Positions 21,431-44,694 of a stretch of DNA of 64,000 nucleotides are shown here, one piece after another. Each line of letters opens with the position of its first letter. Position 1 is the stretch's first letter. The notes under the pieces were generated by a model that did not search any database, was not told where the DNA came from, and was given only the letters and a program-made list of their open reading frames with translations. The stretch is from the human T2T-CHM13v2.0 reference genome, Homo sapiens. A program made the position numbers and the translations under genes. The DNA is taken from NCBI RefSeq assembly GCF_009914755.1, contig NC_060947.1. One strand, written 5' to 3'.

Positions 21431-22056
21431 CATAACACTTCCCTGTTATCTAGCAATTCCATATATGAAAGCATATGTTCACAGAAAGACTTGTGCGAGA
21501 ACGTTCATAGCAGCTTTATTCAGTCGCCCCAACTGGCAGCGGACCAGGGCATAAGCAACCTGCGGCGTCTCCATGCAATGGAAGGCTGCCAAGCAATACG
21601 AAGCCATGAGCTACTCACTTCACACAGCTTGGGTGGATCTCAAAACAATTCCACGGAGCGAAAGCCGCCAGACACAAAGCACTGCGTGCCGTGCGATTCC
21701 ACTTACGTGAAGTTCAAAAGGAGATGAAGCTAGAGTGACAGAAACCGGAACAGTGGCCAATTATGGGAGACGGGCATTCACTGGAAGAGGGTATGAGGGT
21801 ACTTTCTGGGGTGGTGGCAAAGCTCTTTATTGGGATTTTAGCTGCCCAGGTGTAAACCTTTGTCAAAACTCGTTAAACTGTATGCCTAAACTTAAATGCA
21901 ATTTCACTGCATAAAATTTACCTCAAAAAGGCCAGGCGCGGTGGCTCACTCCTGTAATCCCAGCACTTTGGGAGGCCGAGGCAGGTGGATCGCCTGAGGA
22001 CAGGAGTTCGAGACCAGCCTGACCAACATGGAGAAACCCCATCTCTACTAAAATTA

Positions 22057-22239
<183 letters not shown>

Positions 22240-22349
22240 TCAAAAAACCCCGCTTCCAAAAGAATAAAAGAAGAGGCCATTTGAACGTGGTAGCCTGGGA
22301 AGTCCCTTTGAGGAGAGGACATCAGAGCAGAGCCTAAAGGACAAGCTGA

Positions 22350-22745
22350 GTGTGGGAGTTTCCTCTGGCTGCCATCACAAAGCGTTACAAACTTTGAGTG
22401 GCTTTCCCAGCAGAGATGGCCTCTCTCCTGGCTGGGGGTCCAGCAGTCCGAGAGGAAGGCCCAGGCTGGGCGGGCTCCTGCCGAGGACCGAGAAGGCGCC
22501 TCCACTCGGGGCCTCTGTCCCAGCTTCTGCTCTGCTGCCCACCTGCGGGCTTCCTTGGCTTCTGCCACGGCAGGTCGGCCTCAGCCTCTGTCTCCACACG
22601 GCGCTCTCCCTCTGGGTGTGTCCGTGTCTCCGTCTCCCCTTTCTGTCAGGACACAGGTCACACTGCATTAGGGCCCACCCCTCTGCAGAATGACCTCATC
22701 CAGATCTAACTCATCACGTCCGCAACGACCCTGTTTCCAAATAAG
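22350..22745. mobile_element. MLT1-type LTR between Alus (~21930-22230, ~22836-23135)
   Basis: GGCTGCCATCACAAAG...CATTAGGGCCCACCC...ATGACCTCATC...GACCCTGTTTCCAAATAAG. Confidence 0.7.
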
Positions 22746-22929
22746 CCGGTTCCTTGTCACCAAGTGGAGCCTTCAATGAGTTGATGCCAAGGCAGGTCTA
22801 GGGAACTAGAAATGGGGCAAGAAGCAATGTCCTCCAGCCAGGTGTGGTGGCTCACACCTGTAACTCCAGCACTTTGGGAGGCCGAGGCGGGTGGATCGCT
22901 TCAGGTCAGGAGTTCGAGACCCCTGGTCA

Positions 22930-23220
<291 letters not shown>

Positions 23221-24354
23221 CTACCCCAGGCATTGACCACTCGGGCTACAAAGGTGAAGGAGGAGGGTGGGGCTGGGCAGGCTGGGACTGGCTATGGACC
23301 CCAGAGAGTAAAGATGGTTTTGCTGGCACCATACCCCCAACTCCAGGACTTGTCCATGCCCTGTCTACGGGGCCAAGACTGAAACCTGACTGCCTTTCAC
23401 CATCAAGCAGAAGTCAGCTGCGCATCCTGTAAGAGATGGGGAAGGACCCCCAAGACCCTCCCAGAGCCCCCTGGCTCATTAGGAGGCTAGAGGGGGCCTC
23501 CTGCAACTCTGCATGCAAGGTGCCCAGATGAGACCTGGCCAGTCGAGACTTTTACTTGAAGGCTCCCCATGCCTTCCTGGGGTGCCATCTCTTCTACCAA
23601 TGAACATTTTCTGAGTTTCTCAAGCCTTCTTTCCTCCTGACCCACGAAGAAACTGAGGGACCGGGGCCTTCTGGTCCCCCAGGAGACTGGCTTGTGCTGA
23701 GGAGGTAGGCCGCTCACTGTGCATCTTCTCGGAGATCTGAAGCTCCTCCTATTTCCACAAGAAAGAAAGGGAAGCTTGGCAAAGACCCTTCCATCCAGAA
23801 TCATCAAGTTCGCGACGCCCGTGCTTCTCCTCAGCACACAGAGAGGAGAGTTACCAGGGGCCTCAAGCAACTCCAGCGGAAGCAGTCACAGTCCTTCCAG
23901 GACCCAGGAACGTCCTCTGCAAGGACCTACAAACCCAGACCTCATGAAGGAGGAGACCCCAGGGCCAGCCCCAAGCCTCCTGAGTCTAATTGTTGCTGTG
24001 ATAGAGACCCTGCACGTCGCAGAATCAAAAAGAATATATTGTGGGTTTTTTTTTTTTTACCACAATCAATTAAAAAATGCATTAAAAAGTAAGAACTGTC
24101 CAGGCACAGTGGCTCACATCTGTAACCCCAGTACTTGGGGAGGCCGTGGCCAGGTGTTCAAGACCAGCCTGGGCAACATAGCAAGATCCCATCTCTACAA
24201 ATAATAATAATTTTTAAAAAGTTAGCCAGGCATGGTGGCACATGCTTTGTACTCCCAGCTACTCGGGAGGCTGAGGCAGGAAGATCGCTTGAGCCCGGGA
24301 GTTCAAGGCTGTAGTGAACTATGACTGCATGCAGCCTGGGCAACAGAGACCCTG

Positions 24355-24381
24355 AAGAAAAAGAAAGAAAGAAAGAGAGAT

Positions 24382-24412
<31 letters not shown>

Positions 24413-24510
24413 AAGAAAGAGAAAGAGAGAAAGAAAAAGAAAGAAAGAGAGAGAGAGATGGAAAGAAAGAGAGAAAAAGAAAAAGAAGAAAGAAAGAAAG
24501 AAAGAAAGAA
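24355..24510. repeat. Compound (GAAA)n/(GA)n Alu-tail microsatellite
   Basis: Seen directly; the paralog at ~62149-62310 is 6 bp longer. Confidence 0.93.
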
Positions 24511-24559
24511 CTTTTGCCTATCCAAAGACTCAGGAAAAATAAAAAAGAAAGCCAGCCCT

Positions 24560-25280
24560 CATAATGAGATACCACTTCACAGTTACATCTGTTGGAAAAA
24601 AAAAAAAAGGATAACAACAAATGTTGGCAAGGATGTGAGGCAACTGGAAGCCTTCTGCATTGCTGGTGGGAAGATGGAGCTGCGCGGCTGCTGTGGGAAG
24701 ACTCCTCTAAACGCTACACCTGGAGTCACCACGGGGTCCAGCAATTCTACTCCTGATTATAGACCCCAAAGAATTGAAAACTGGTGTTCAAACAACTGGC
24801 ATGTATCTGAGTGTTCAGCGCAGGGCTTCTCACAATAGCCAAAAGGTGGAAACAACTCAAATCTCCATCCGCTGATGGACAGATAAACAAAATGTGGTCT
24901 ACCCATGCACTGGAATATTAGTCAGCCGTCAAGAGAATGAAGTACTGATACGTGCTACAACATTAGTGAACCTTGAAAACAGTGAAAGGAGCTAGACACA
25001 AAAGCCCACATATCGTATGGTCCCATTTATATGAAAAGTCCAGAAGAGGCAAACCCACGGAGACAGAAAGCAGATTAGGGAACGCCTGGAGCCGAGGCTA
25101 GGAGTGACCGTGTAGTGAGTCTGGAGGTCTCCTTCTGGGGTGATGAGAATGTTAGACAACCGGACAGAGGTGATGGTTGAACCACACTGCAGATGTACTT
25201 AATGCACTGAATTACATGCTTCCAAATGGTTAATTTCACATTACGTGAAATTATGTGAATTCTACATCAATTTTTTTAAG
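24560..25280 (+). mobile_element. L1MB-type 3' fragment
   Basis: AATGAGATACCACTTCACA...CAATAGCCAAAAGGTGGAAACAAC...AAACAAAATGTGGTCTA... Confidence 0.8.
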
Positions 25281-25287
25281 TAAGCCC

Positions 25288-26241
<954 letters not shown>

Positions 26242-27567
26242 AGCCCTCCTGAAAGCAAACGGATTTAACTGTGATAAACAGCACAGGACTTGCAGTATGG
26301 ATTCTCAGTTTGTGATGCACCAGAGGGGACGCAACAGTCACAGGGAGCCTGGCTGGTTGAAACACTTCTGTGTCCAGATCATGTAAAAGTTTTGAAGAAG
26401 ATTTTACGGAAGTATATGTTTTTAAAATGCCATGAACTCCTGTGTCCCCTGCATCTAACTTAGCCACACAGCCAGGGTGTGGTGAAATGCTCTCAGGTCC
26501 GCACTTAGCAGCCACGTAGCCTGCTTGTGCCTCCGTGAGACTCTGCTTCCCCAACCATAAAGTAGGCGTCTGAGGGCCAAAGAACAAGGCTGCTTAACCT
26601 GGTGCCCCAGCTCAGTTACGAGCCCGTGACAACAGTGAAAAATCATCAGCAGCCCTTTCTCCTCCTGTAGACCTGCTTGGGCCCTGTAGACCTGCTTTTC
26701 TGCTCACGATGAACATTAGTAAGGGTAGGCTCGCTGCTGCAGCAAACAACCAGACATCCCATGTCACAGTCCAATGGGGGGTACCGGGTCAGAAGTGCAG
26801 GCTTCTAGAATTTGCAGCAAAAGTCTGAGAGGGGGAGAGACAGAGGTATTGCCCTGCTCCCCGGTAGTCACCGCTGTATCAAGAGCGGGCGAAAGACTCG
26901 GATTTGAGAGGGGTTAAGAGTTTACCTGAGCACAGCATTCTCATTGGCCCCTGTGGCTTGGAAACATACGGGGAAGTTTGTAACTGCCACCAAGTTCTGC
27001 TGTTGCTTAATAGAAAGCTGACCGGGTAAGTGTGATTTTCACAAAAGGGTCTTTGATGCTCCCAAGATTTTAGATTTGGTTGCCATGTCCTATGAAAATA
27101 ATCTGCAAGAGACGCCTGTGACTCTGACTAGTCATCTCATTGACAGTGGTTGCCCTGTAATATTCTTTGATTGTCCTTTAACAGATTCTTAGGCCATGTA
27201 AACGCTGGCAAGATTTCCCTGGGGAAACTAAAGAGGATGATTCCCACACGCCGCTTCCCCTGCATCAGGCACTAAAAGGACTGCGGAGTTCTTCTTTTCA
27301 TGCAAATGCTGAGAATCTTGGCTCACCTAAGGGAATCGCTGCCTCCCTAGCCAGGACGCTGGAGGGACTGGCGTTAATTAGCCACAGACTGCAGCGAGGG
27401 GGACAGAATGTGGCACCCCCTGAGGGCCCATGGAAACCCAGAGAACGGTCCCAATAGGAATGGAGAGAATCCGTTGAGAGATTGGGTTTGCCTTTTTTTT
27501 TTTTTTTTTTTTTTTCCTCCAATTGGTAGGCCCTAGCCTTATCTTAGAGGGAAAGAAAATCGAGCTA

Positions 27568-27901
<334 letters not shown>

Positions 27902-28397
27902 TCACCAGAAGGCAGTCATTTTTGAAATAAGTATCTGAGACCCGGCCTGTGCCCCAGCTCAGCTAGGAGCACATGTGAAGAGACCAGAGCTGGCGAGGCG
28001 ACTCCGGTCCTGACTCCCACCTTCCCAGCCGACTGGGACCAAAGGACGCCACCTCCCTAACTAGTGCCAGGTGTCTACCGGACTCTTGCCACCCCCATGT
28101 TGTCCCCTGCCACCACAGGGTCAGGGCCAGCCGCTATGCCGCTGCAACCACCCGGCAGGGGCTGCCAAGCTGGAGCATTTTCGCTAGCAAGGGTCAAGGC
28201 AGGTGTGGGACTGCAGGGAGAGGGCTGGCTCGCCCCACTGCAGGGCCCAGTCGCTAAAAGAAGCATGGACCTGCTCTTCCAACTGGCCCCTCACCCTGGC
28301 TCTCCAGGCTCCTGTCCTGGCTCCCTTTCACCCTCCCATAGGTGGCTCCTGGGAGCGGTTCCTCCTCTGCTTCCAGTCCCCAGAGCCAAGGCCTCAC

Positions 28398-29125
28398 CTA
28401 CACTTCTCCTCCTGAAGGGACTCCAGCAACAGCTGCAGGTCAGTCAGAGACCTCTCCTTTAGGCTGTGATAGGACTCCTGGAGGCTGATGTGGAACCTCT
28501 TGGCTTCTTCCAGCTCTGCCTTTACCTTCTGCAACAGCAGGTTTTGTTGCTGGGCCACATCCTCTGTCTCTAAGCACGTCCCCTGCTGTAAGCTCTGGAA
28601 GCGACTCTCCAAGATGAAGGGCCTGCTGGCATGAGGCAGGTTGACCGGCCCGTCTTCCCCACCTGGCTCGGGGGGCTCTGAAAGCAGGGCCTTCTCACTG
28701 GGTGGCTCGCAGTTGGCTGGGTCGCTTTCTGCCATCAGCAGTAAGCCCTCGGGCCTGCAGCCTTCCTCCAGCTCCTGGAGCTGCTGGTGACACTGGTGGA
28801 GCCTGTGCTCGATCTGGGCGATGGTGGCAGAGGCGCGCTGGTTCACCTTCTCAAAGGCCTGCTGGATGTGCGGCACCTGGTGCCGGTCTGCTTTGGATAC
28901 CAGCTTGAGGTAGCTCACAGTGTTGCCATCCCGACTGGCCTTCTCCACTCTCAGCTGCTCTGAGAGGTAGAGGATGCGGTGCCTGACACTATCCTGTAAG
29001 TTGTGGGCTAGGCCTCCATCTGCGAGGCTGGAAGGGCCACTGGGGCCGTCTTCGCTGGATGACAGGGACCGGCATGAAGGCACATTGGAGGGGAGGGTTG
29101 CGCTGGGGCTCCTGGTGTGTTCCGC
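28398..29125 (-). CDS. TEX28: TEX28 copy 1, exon 3
   Basis: 728 bp open; TAG|GCGGAACAC...TGTAG|GTGAG; AEHTRSPSATLPSNVPSC...YLKLVSKADRHQVPHIQQAFEKVNQRAS...LESLQEEKCR. Confidence 0.93.
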
Positions 29126-29849
29126 CTACGTTGGGAAACAAGAAATCACAATACGGTGCTCTGTGAGCCGCAAAGTGTGGGAGAATTGGACACGTTATGA
29201 CTCCATAAAACACTTCCACATATGCATGGATACTTACACACGCAAGATTTGTGCATTCAAGATGGGCCCGACACAGACTGAGGAGGTGATGCTCATCTTC
29301 AGGGCCCCTCTCCCCTCCTTTTCAGCGTCTGACTCCTTGCTCTACATGTGTGCCTCACTAAGACCCACAGGTGGCCAGACTCCCTTCTACATCTGCCTGT
29401 TTTTGCACTGCACTCCTATTTTCTCTTCCAAAAATTACCAATTGTGGGTCTCATTTATAAAGAACTGTTCTTGTAAAGTATGGAATAAGCTTATTTCCGT
29501 CAACTCTTACAGCTTGCTGTATTGCTACTCCCAGGGAGACAGGAAGGGTTAGGCAGAGAGATTTGCCTCCTAACAGGTTCATTCATTCATCCAATCATTC
29601 ATTCAACACATACTTTCTCTGAGTGCCTACCACGTGGTACAGAAGCCAGATACATTCTTTGATCTCATACAGCTGACAGTCTACGGCAGAAAATTCTACT
29701 GTAACACAAAAGAATGAGTCTCTCACATGGTGAGGGGATTAACATTGCCTTTGACGAAGAGCCCAGTTCAAATCCTGGCTCTACCACTCTGAGACCTTGA
29801 GCAAGTTAATAAACTGCTCTGAGGCTCAGTTTTCTTACCTCTAAAATAA

Positions 29850-35702
<5,853 letters not shown>

Positions 35703-36353
35703 TGAATTGGGGGGTCCTCTCCAAATCTAGAAGGACACCATAATATCGAATATGCATTCTCAAGCCACACAGGCTTCCCAGCCCCTTTGAGAATCCGAGG
35801 CCGGGGAAGAGTTTATGTGCTCTTTCTTTGTGGCCCGTAGATGAGTGTGTTCACTGCTAGCGAATGACCTCTCATTCCACGGAGTCCCTCAGCTTCCTGG
35901 GGAAGAGCTGGGTCTGTCTTTACATTTGAAGCCGAAAGGAGGCAACATACTGACACACCCAAGGGAGGCGGGAGGGTGGGGAAGACAGCAGCAGAGGGCA
36001 AGAAACTTCTAGAACTTCAGGGTCGGCAAAGCCTGTAGCAGTCATTTTGTCAAACTCCATGATGGGGCCACTTGGCTTTTGGCTGCACACCTCTGGGGGA
36101 AGAGGCTGCATTGGCGCCCAGGGCCATCTTTCCATTCGGAGCCGTCCTGGGAGAGAGGGCTCAGGCCCAACAGAAAGCTGAAAGCTCTCATCAGGGCAGC
36201 CCGAGTCCTGCCATTGGGAGTTGCCCAATCCGAAAGTTTTGCACGCAGGCCCTCAAAGAAGCTGAGGACACCAGTGACCGCCCCACTCCTGGCCCTCTCC
36301 CCAGGTCCCTCCTCCAAACCAAATTCCTTTGGTGCCTTCAAGAACATCGTGCA

Positions 36354-36800
<447 letters not shown>

Positions 36801-37698
36801 TCAACATGACTGTGCCCAGAATTTCCTTGGTGGCAATGTCAACAGTCTCTTCCTAGATGCCCCCAGACTTCATCAATGCATGATGCTTCAGTGCACTCTT
36901 TTCAAATGTCGGGGTGGGTTTTTTTTTTTTTCCACAAAACTTCAAGCATCTACTAAAGTAGAGGGAGGAGTGTAATGAACTCCGGTACCCATCACTCAGC
37001 TTCCACGGTTTCATCTCATTTCATCTGTGACCCCTCCACTACCCTTTCTTCCTGATTCTTGGAAGCAAATCCAAGACATCACACCCTTCCCTCTGTAAAT
37101 CTTTACTATGTTCCTCTAGGAGAAAAGGGCTCTTCTCAATACATAACCACAAGTCATCATCACACCGACAAGTGTAACAATATTTCCTGAATAGCTTCAA
37201 ATATCCTAGTAGTGTTCAAAAAATGTCATACGTATTTTCAGTCTGCTTGAATCAGGGCTCAAATAAGGTCCACACATTCAGATTGACTGATATGCCTTTT
37301 GACTACCTTTGAATCTAGAGGTTCCCTTTCTATCTCCCTGCAATTTATTTGTGGAAGCAAGCAAGTCGTTCATGACGTAGCCTAACAGGCCCCTCTGACG
37401 TTGTTCATTATGATTTTTCTGTAAATTGGTAGTTGATCTGAGGATCTGGCCAGAGGCAGGTTGGATTTGTTGGTGTGTTTTGGCAAGGAGAGTGTCTCTT
37501 TTCTGGGGTGTTGGCAGCTACTGAAACTCAATGCCCAGACCAATTAAACCACTGGGGATGGAAAATGACGGCATTCGGACACCTTACCCTGCCTTCACCT
37601 ATTGGTGACCAAAACCTTAACATCTTCACAGGTCTTCTTACCCTGAGGGTATATGCCACTAGGTTGTGTAGTAAACCGGTGTGTTTCCAGTCCCTTAG

Positions 37699-38106
<408 letters not shown>

Positions 38107-40493
38107 TAAATTTTGTTTTATAATTATGTAATAAAACAGTTAAAAGTCTCAAATTAAAATCTAGAAAAGAAGGTGTATTTGAAGAAGTCTGGCTTCTCTG
38201 CGCCACCACCGACCGCCCCTTCCCTACCTGCCTGTATTTCCTCGAATCACTTTGCCTGGGAGCTGACTTTGATTCTCTTGCTCATTGCTTCATGAAATTC
38301 AGTTCCAGAACTTTCAGGAGGGAGGGGTAGGCCATGACACCAGCTCTAGTTACACTGGTGGCAGCTCCTGTCCCCTCCCCCACTGCTGCTGGGACCTGTT
38401 CTCTCCTTTGCCCCCTTGTCCCTGCACTGCCCAATTTGGACCGCAAGGGTTGCCAGGGAAGGGCACTGGCTGCCTTGTTTTCAGAGGTCGTAGCACCTAG
38501 ATTGCTCCAGCCCCTTGCACTTGCCTGCAGGCCAGAGTGTCCCAAACCCTCCCAGTCTCAGCTGCTCTTCCCCAGTTCACCCAAGGTACTTCCCAGGGAA
38601 GAGCTGCCGACAGTTTGGGGGTTCTCTGTTCTTAGGTCCATCAGCAACCCCATTGCTCCCCTCTGCTTCCTTCTGCACGGAGACTGACGCCATGCAGGTC
38701 TTCAATTGTCAATGGTCTGTCCCTGCTGCTCATACTGGGGGTTCCTGGGGAGCCAGTGCCAGGTATCGGGATTGCAGACATTGTCTGTGGGTTTCCAGAA
38801 GCTCCTTGTGTTAGGAACATATGGGGCCCGTGCACAGAGGGCAGCAGAGGCCTTGTGGGATCCAGCTGTGCTAGGGGTGAGATTTATCTGTCTCTCCTGG
38901 CCATAGCCAGGAAATCCCCATTTTTCTTAAGCTAGCTTGAGTTGGGCTTTTCTAACACACAGCTAAAGAATCTCTTGATAAACCTTGGGACTCTCCATGA
39001 GGCCTTATATGGCAGCAGGTCTGTGGCTTGCAATCCCTTCAAGTAATCTGCCAAAAACAATGTTATGACGAAGGTCCTTCCAACACAAAAGGTGTAGAGC
39101 CCTAGCAAACTCCTACAGAAGAAAAAGGAGAAATAATTCGTTTGTAGTCCCAGCTACTTGGGAGGCCAAGGTGGGAGGATCACTTGAAGTCAGGAGTTCG
39201 AGACCAGCCTAGGCAACATAGCCAGACCCCATCTCTACAGAAATAAAAAAAATTGCCATTGTGGTAATGCACGGCTTGTAGTCCCAGGTACTCGAGAGGC
39301 TGAGGCAGGAGGATCGCTTGAGCCCAGGAGGATCGCTTGAGCCCAGGAGTTCCACGTTGCAGTGAGCTATGATTGTGCCACTATACTCCAGCCTGGGTGA
39401 CAGAGCAAGACTTTGTCCCAAAAAAAAAAAAAAAAGAAAAGAAAGAAAGGAAAAGAATAAAAGAGAAATTACCATAGATTGGGTGGCTTTTAAATGATAA
39501 ATGTATTTCTCACAGCTCTGGAGGCTGGAAGTCAGGGTGCTAGCGTGGTGGGCTCTGGCGAGGACCCTCTTCCTGACTGCAGATTGCCAACAACTCATTG
39601 TATCCTCACATGGAAGAAAGAGAGCTAGAGAGCACTCTAGGGACTCTTTTTCTTGTTTGTTTTAATTAAAAAAAAATTTTTTTTACATGGGCATGCCATG
39701 TTGCCCAGGTTGGATTTGAACTCCTGGGCTCAAGCAACCCTCCAGCCTCAGCCTCCCAAAGTGCTGGGATTACAGGCATGAGCCACCATTCCCAGCTAAT
39801 TTGGGCTGTTCCCAAAGGCTCAAGTGATCCTCCCACGTTGGCCTCCTGAGTAGCTGGGGCTACAGGCGTGAGCCACCATGCCCAGCTTCTAGGACCTCTT
39901 TTATAAGGGCACTAATCCCATTCATGAGGGCCCCACTCACTCTGCACACATGACCTAAATGACCTGCCAAAGGCCCCACCTCCTAATACCATCACCTTGG
40001 GGGTTGGGATTTCAACACAGAAATTTATGGGGGGCACGTACATTCAGATCATCATGAACAGTAACTCCTATGTGTGACAGAAGGTGACAGAGGTGGGTAG
40101 TGGTCTTCCCCTCAAGGGGGTGAGTTGCCACTAGCTGGGGAATCTTCTGGAAGGCAAATGCATATGAGCTGGGCTTTACAGGAGGCAAGCGTTTCTCTAT
40201 GGAAGGGCAGAGGACTGTGGGAGGTAGGAGGTGGGGCTGGGGCAAAGGGAAGAGGGGAGCAGGGAAGTGGGGTGACTGCACACTGGGAGTGGGGAATCAG
40301 ATGGAGGAGACGATGAGGAGTTCTGTTAAGTTCAAGATGCCAGTGCCAGTGACCAGCGGGCGATGGTCTCTGGCTTGAGGGACAGGATGGAGGGGAGACT
40401 GTCTGAGGATGGACAAAGCTGGAGGGAAACAGCCAATTGCAAAGGCAGGAGGGCGGAAGGGGGAGGGGAGAGGTGGGATCAGCACTGGTATAG

Positions 40494-40937
<444 letters not shown>

Positions 40938-42756
40938 TAGGCCTGTCTCCCTCCACATCTGCGCCTCACATCCATATACTGAAGGGTTCTGGAGGCTTCC
41001 ATCTGAACACTCACATTAAATTCAGCTCCCTTGAGTCAAACATACCCTGAGTTCCTACTCTTGAGTCAGGCTCTGCCCGGGGACAGCCAGTTTGGAGCTG
41101 TGGGGCTGGTGTGGGAGGAGACAGATACAGAGCTAGACAACCCCAGAACAGTAGGGGGGCGGGGACTCTGGGCACCCTGGACAGAACTCCCCTGCAATTA
41201 GGGATGCCTGCTCTTTCAGCTCGCCAGCATCTGCTTTTCCCGGAGGAGACACAATTCCCAGATCCTCTCCCCATCCCCATCACTAATATCTCTGTGGGCC
41301 ACTATTCCGCTCAGGTCAGGAGACAGTGGCCGAGAGGTACTAGCGTGCCAGGCTCTGTGCTAAGGAGGGGGCCCTATAGCCAGACGGCAACCACACAGTA
41401 CCATCATCAGTCCTCTCAGACAAGAAGGGGCCTGGGGCAGGTGGTGGAGGAGCGGCTGGGAGCAGTTTGTGGTTCGAGTGGATAGAGTACCACCAAGCAG
41501 CCGTGGCTGCTGGACACGAGGTGGGCAGGCCCAGGTCTCAGAGGCCTCAGACGTCATGCCCAGGAGCTGGGACTTTCTTTCAGGAGGAGGAGACCCCACA
41601 TCCAGCAGCAGCAGCTCCTGCTCTTGCCTCCCCACCACTCTTAGCAGCCTCCCCAACCCCACCCCGTTAACTGCCTCAAATTGTACCCACGATGGCCCAG
41701 ACCAGAGAGGGTGCTTGTCCAAGTCCCGGCACTACCCCGATAGTGTAGAAGGGGAGCCAAGGGAAGGTCAGGCAGAGAAGGTCCATCCCCAGGTCCGAGT
41801 GCTCTCTGCAGCAGGCATGGCCTCGGTGGTCACACGACCCTTCCCGAGTGCCCCCCTGCATCTCCGCCCACGTCTGTCTCCGTTTCTGCCATGGTCTCCC
41901 GCTCACCCTTGCCTCTGCTCATGGTCTGTTCTTGGGTCAGTCAGGTGCCAAGCAGCCAGCACTTCCCCACCACTTTTGGTCCACGGATGCCCTTGGCCAT
42001 CTGGGAAGCCTGTGGACCCCATCTCAGGAGAATTTTTGCAAACGCATAAAATGAGACCCATAGGATTACAAAGGCAGCAAATTATACTGAAATACAGTTA
42101 TCAAAGTATTAAACATTCATCAGTAACATAGTCTTTAGTTAAAAGCATTTACTGGCCAGGCTCATACCTGTAATCCCAGCACTTTGGGAGGCTGAGGTGG
42201 GAGGACTGCTTGCCTCCAAGAGTTTGAGACCAGCCTGGGCAACATAGTGAGACCTCTTCTCTACAACAAATAAAAACAGCTGGGCGTGGTGGCACACCAG
42301 TAGTCCCAGCTACTCAGGAGGCTCAGGCGGGAGGATCGCTTGAGCTCTGGAGGTCAAGGCTGCAGTGAGCTATGATGGCACCACTGCACTCAGCCTGGGC
42401 AACAGAGTGAGATTCTGTCTCAAAAAGTAAATAAAAATAAAAGCATGTGTTAAACGTATTAGTGACACCACTCAGTATTAAGGTATTAAGTAACAGGATC
42501 CCGCCTGACAACCACTGTTATTTCAGAGTAGTGATGAACATAAGTGGTATTCGAACTCTCTGCCACCTCTATGAATTGACAGGAAAACATCTGTGACCTC
42601 TCTTGCTGACCGAGTCACGGGTACTGCTAATACTGCCACGTTCATAATGGAAGGAAATTTCCAGTGTCTGTTCGAGGTTGGTGGAAAGAAAGATGTCGTT
42701 TTTTCCACCTCAGTCCGTGGAGCCCTGAATTCTGTGTGCAGACGTTTGGGGTCTAA

Positions 42757-42999
<243 letters not shown>

Positions 43000-44352
43000 T
43001 AAGGGTGCGAGGACGCAAGATGGAGTGGGCAGGGTCAGACTCTGTGACCTTAAGGCAAATCACTTCCTTTCTCTGGGCCCCTCTGAGCGTGCAATGTCTA
43101 TCAATGTATGAATGTGGCTGCAACATAGGAAAGGCTCTGTGGTCCCCGAACCTCTGGAAACATATTTATCCCAAGCACGATCAGGTCACAGGCGCACACG
43201 GAGCTCAGGCCATCAGCACAGCTGTCAGTGAACGCATAGCGTGTTTGCATTCCAGGTCTCTTTCTTGCACACGCTGCCGCACCACGCCCCCCACCTTTCA
43301 GAGGCTGCTTGGGTCATAGATCCACCTGGGCCTACAGAGCACATGTCCTGGCCAGGCCAAGCAAGTGGCTCAAATGTTTGATTGGAGTGGACTGGGTGGG
43401 ACAGCATTTCACTGTTTTATCGACAAGCTCGTGAATAAGTTCTCGTGGTGTTTGGAGAGGGAATGTTCTTTCCTCGAGAACGTTCCACAATTCTAGGAAA
43501 CAAACCTTGTGGAAGCCTGTCTCTGTCTCCCGCCCTCCTCATGCCGCCATGCCCCACACAGCTGCCCGTTATCAAACATGTGTGGTGAGCTGACCCTGGT
43601 GGAGGCTCTCCCGCGGGTTATCTCATTTAATCCTCCAGGCCACTAAGTGAGCAGGGCCCTTTATTTCAGTCATGGCCTAGCTGACCTCAGATAAAAGACT
43701 CAGCTCTTCATGGGTGTTCTCAGAAGGTCAGGGCAAGAAGGAACCTCACAATCCCTTTGTAAAGAAGGGGAGTGATTGGGAAGATGAAAATGTCCTGGAA
43801 GCAGATAGTGGAGATGGTTGCACAGCATTGTGAATGTACCAAAGGTCACAATGGTACTTTTTTCTTTTTTTGAGACAGGGTCTCACTCTGTCACTCAGGC
43901 TGGCACAGTGCAGTGGTGTAATTATGGCTCACTGCAGCCTCCACCTCCTGGGCTCAAGTGATCCTCCTACCTCAGCCTCCTGAGGAGCTGGGCCTACAGG
44001 TGCACCACTTCACCCAGCTAATTTTTTTTATTTTTTGTAGAGACAAGATCTCACTATGTGATCCAGGCTAGTCTTGAACTCCTGGGCTCGAGCAATCCTC
44101 CTACCTCTGCCTCCAAATGTGCTGGGACTATAGGCGTGAGCCATTGTGCCTGGCCTATAATGGTACATTTTATGTGATGTGTATTTTACCACAATTCAAA
44201 AAGAAGAAAGGCATGACATCTAAAAATGGACAAGGATTAACCAAAATCCTACCCAACGGTTTTGTTTTGGGTTGATGAAAATGTTCTGGAAGCAGAGGTG
44301 GTGACTGCCACAGAATTGATCACTTCAAATTGGGTAATCTCATGCAACATGA

Positions 44353-44694
<342 letters not shown>

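Noticed and set aside
28974-29552. 192-aa ORF antisense to TEX28 exon 3
   Set aside because: Shadow ORF with no independent evidence.
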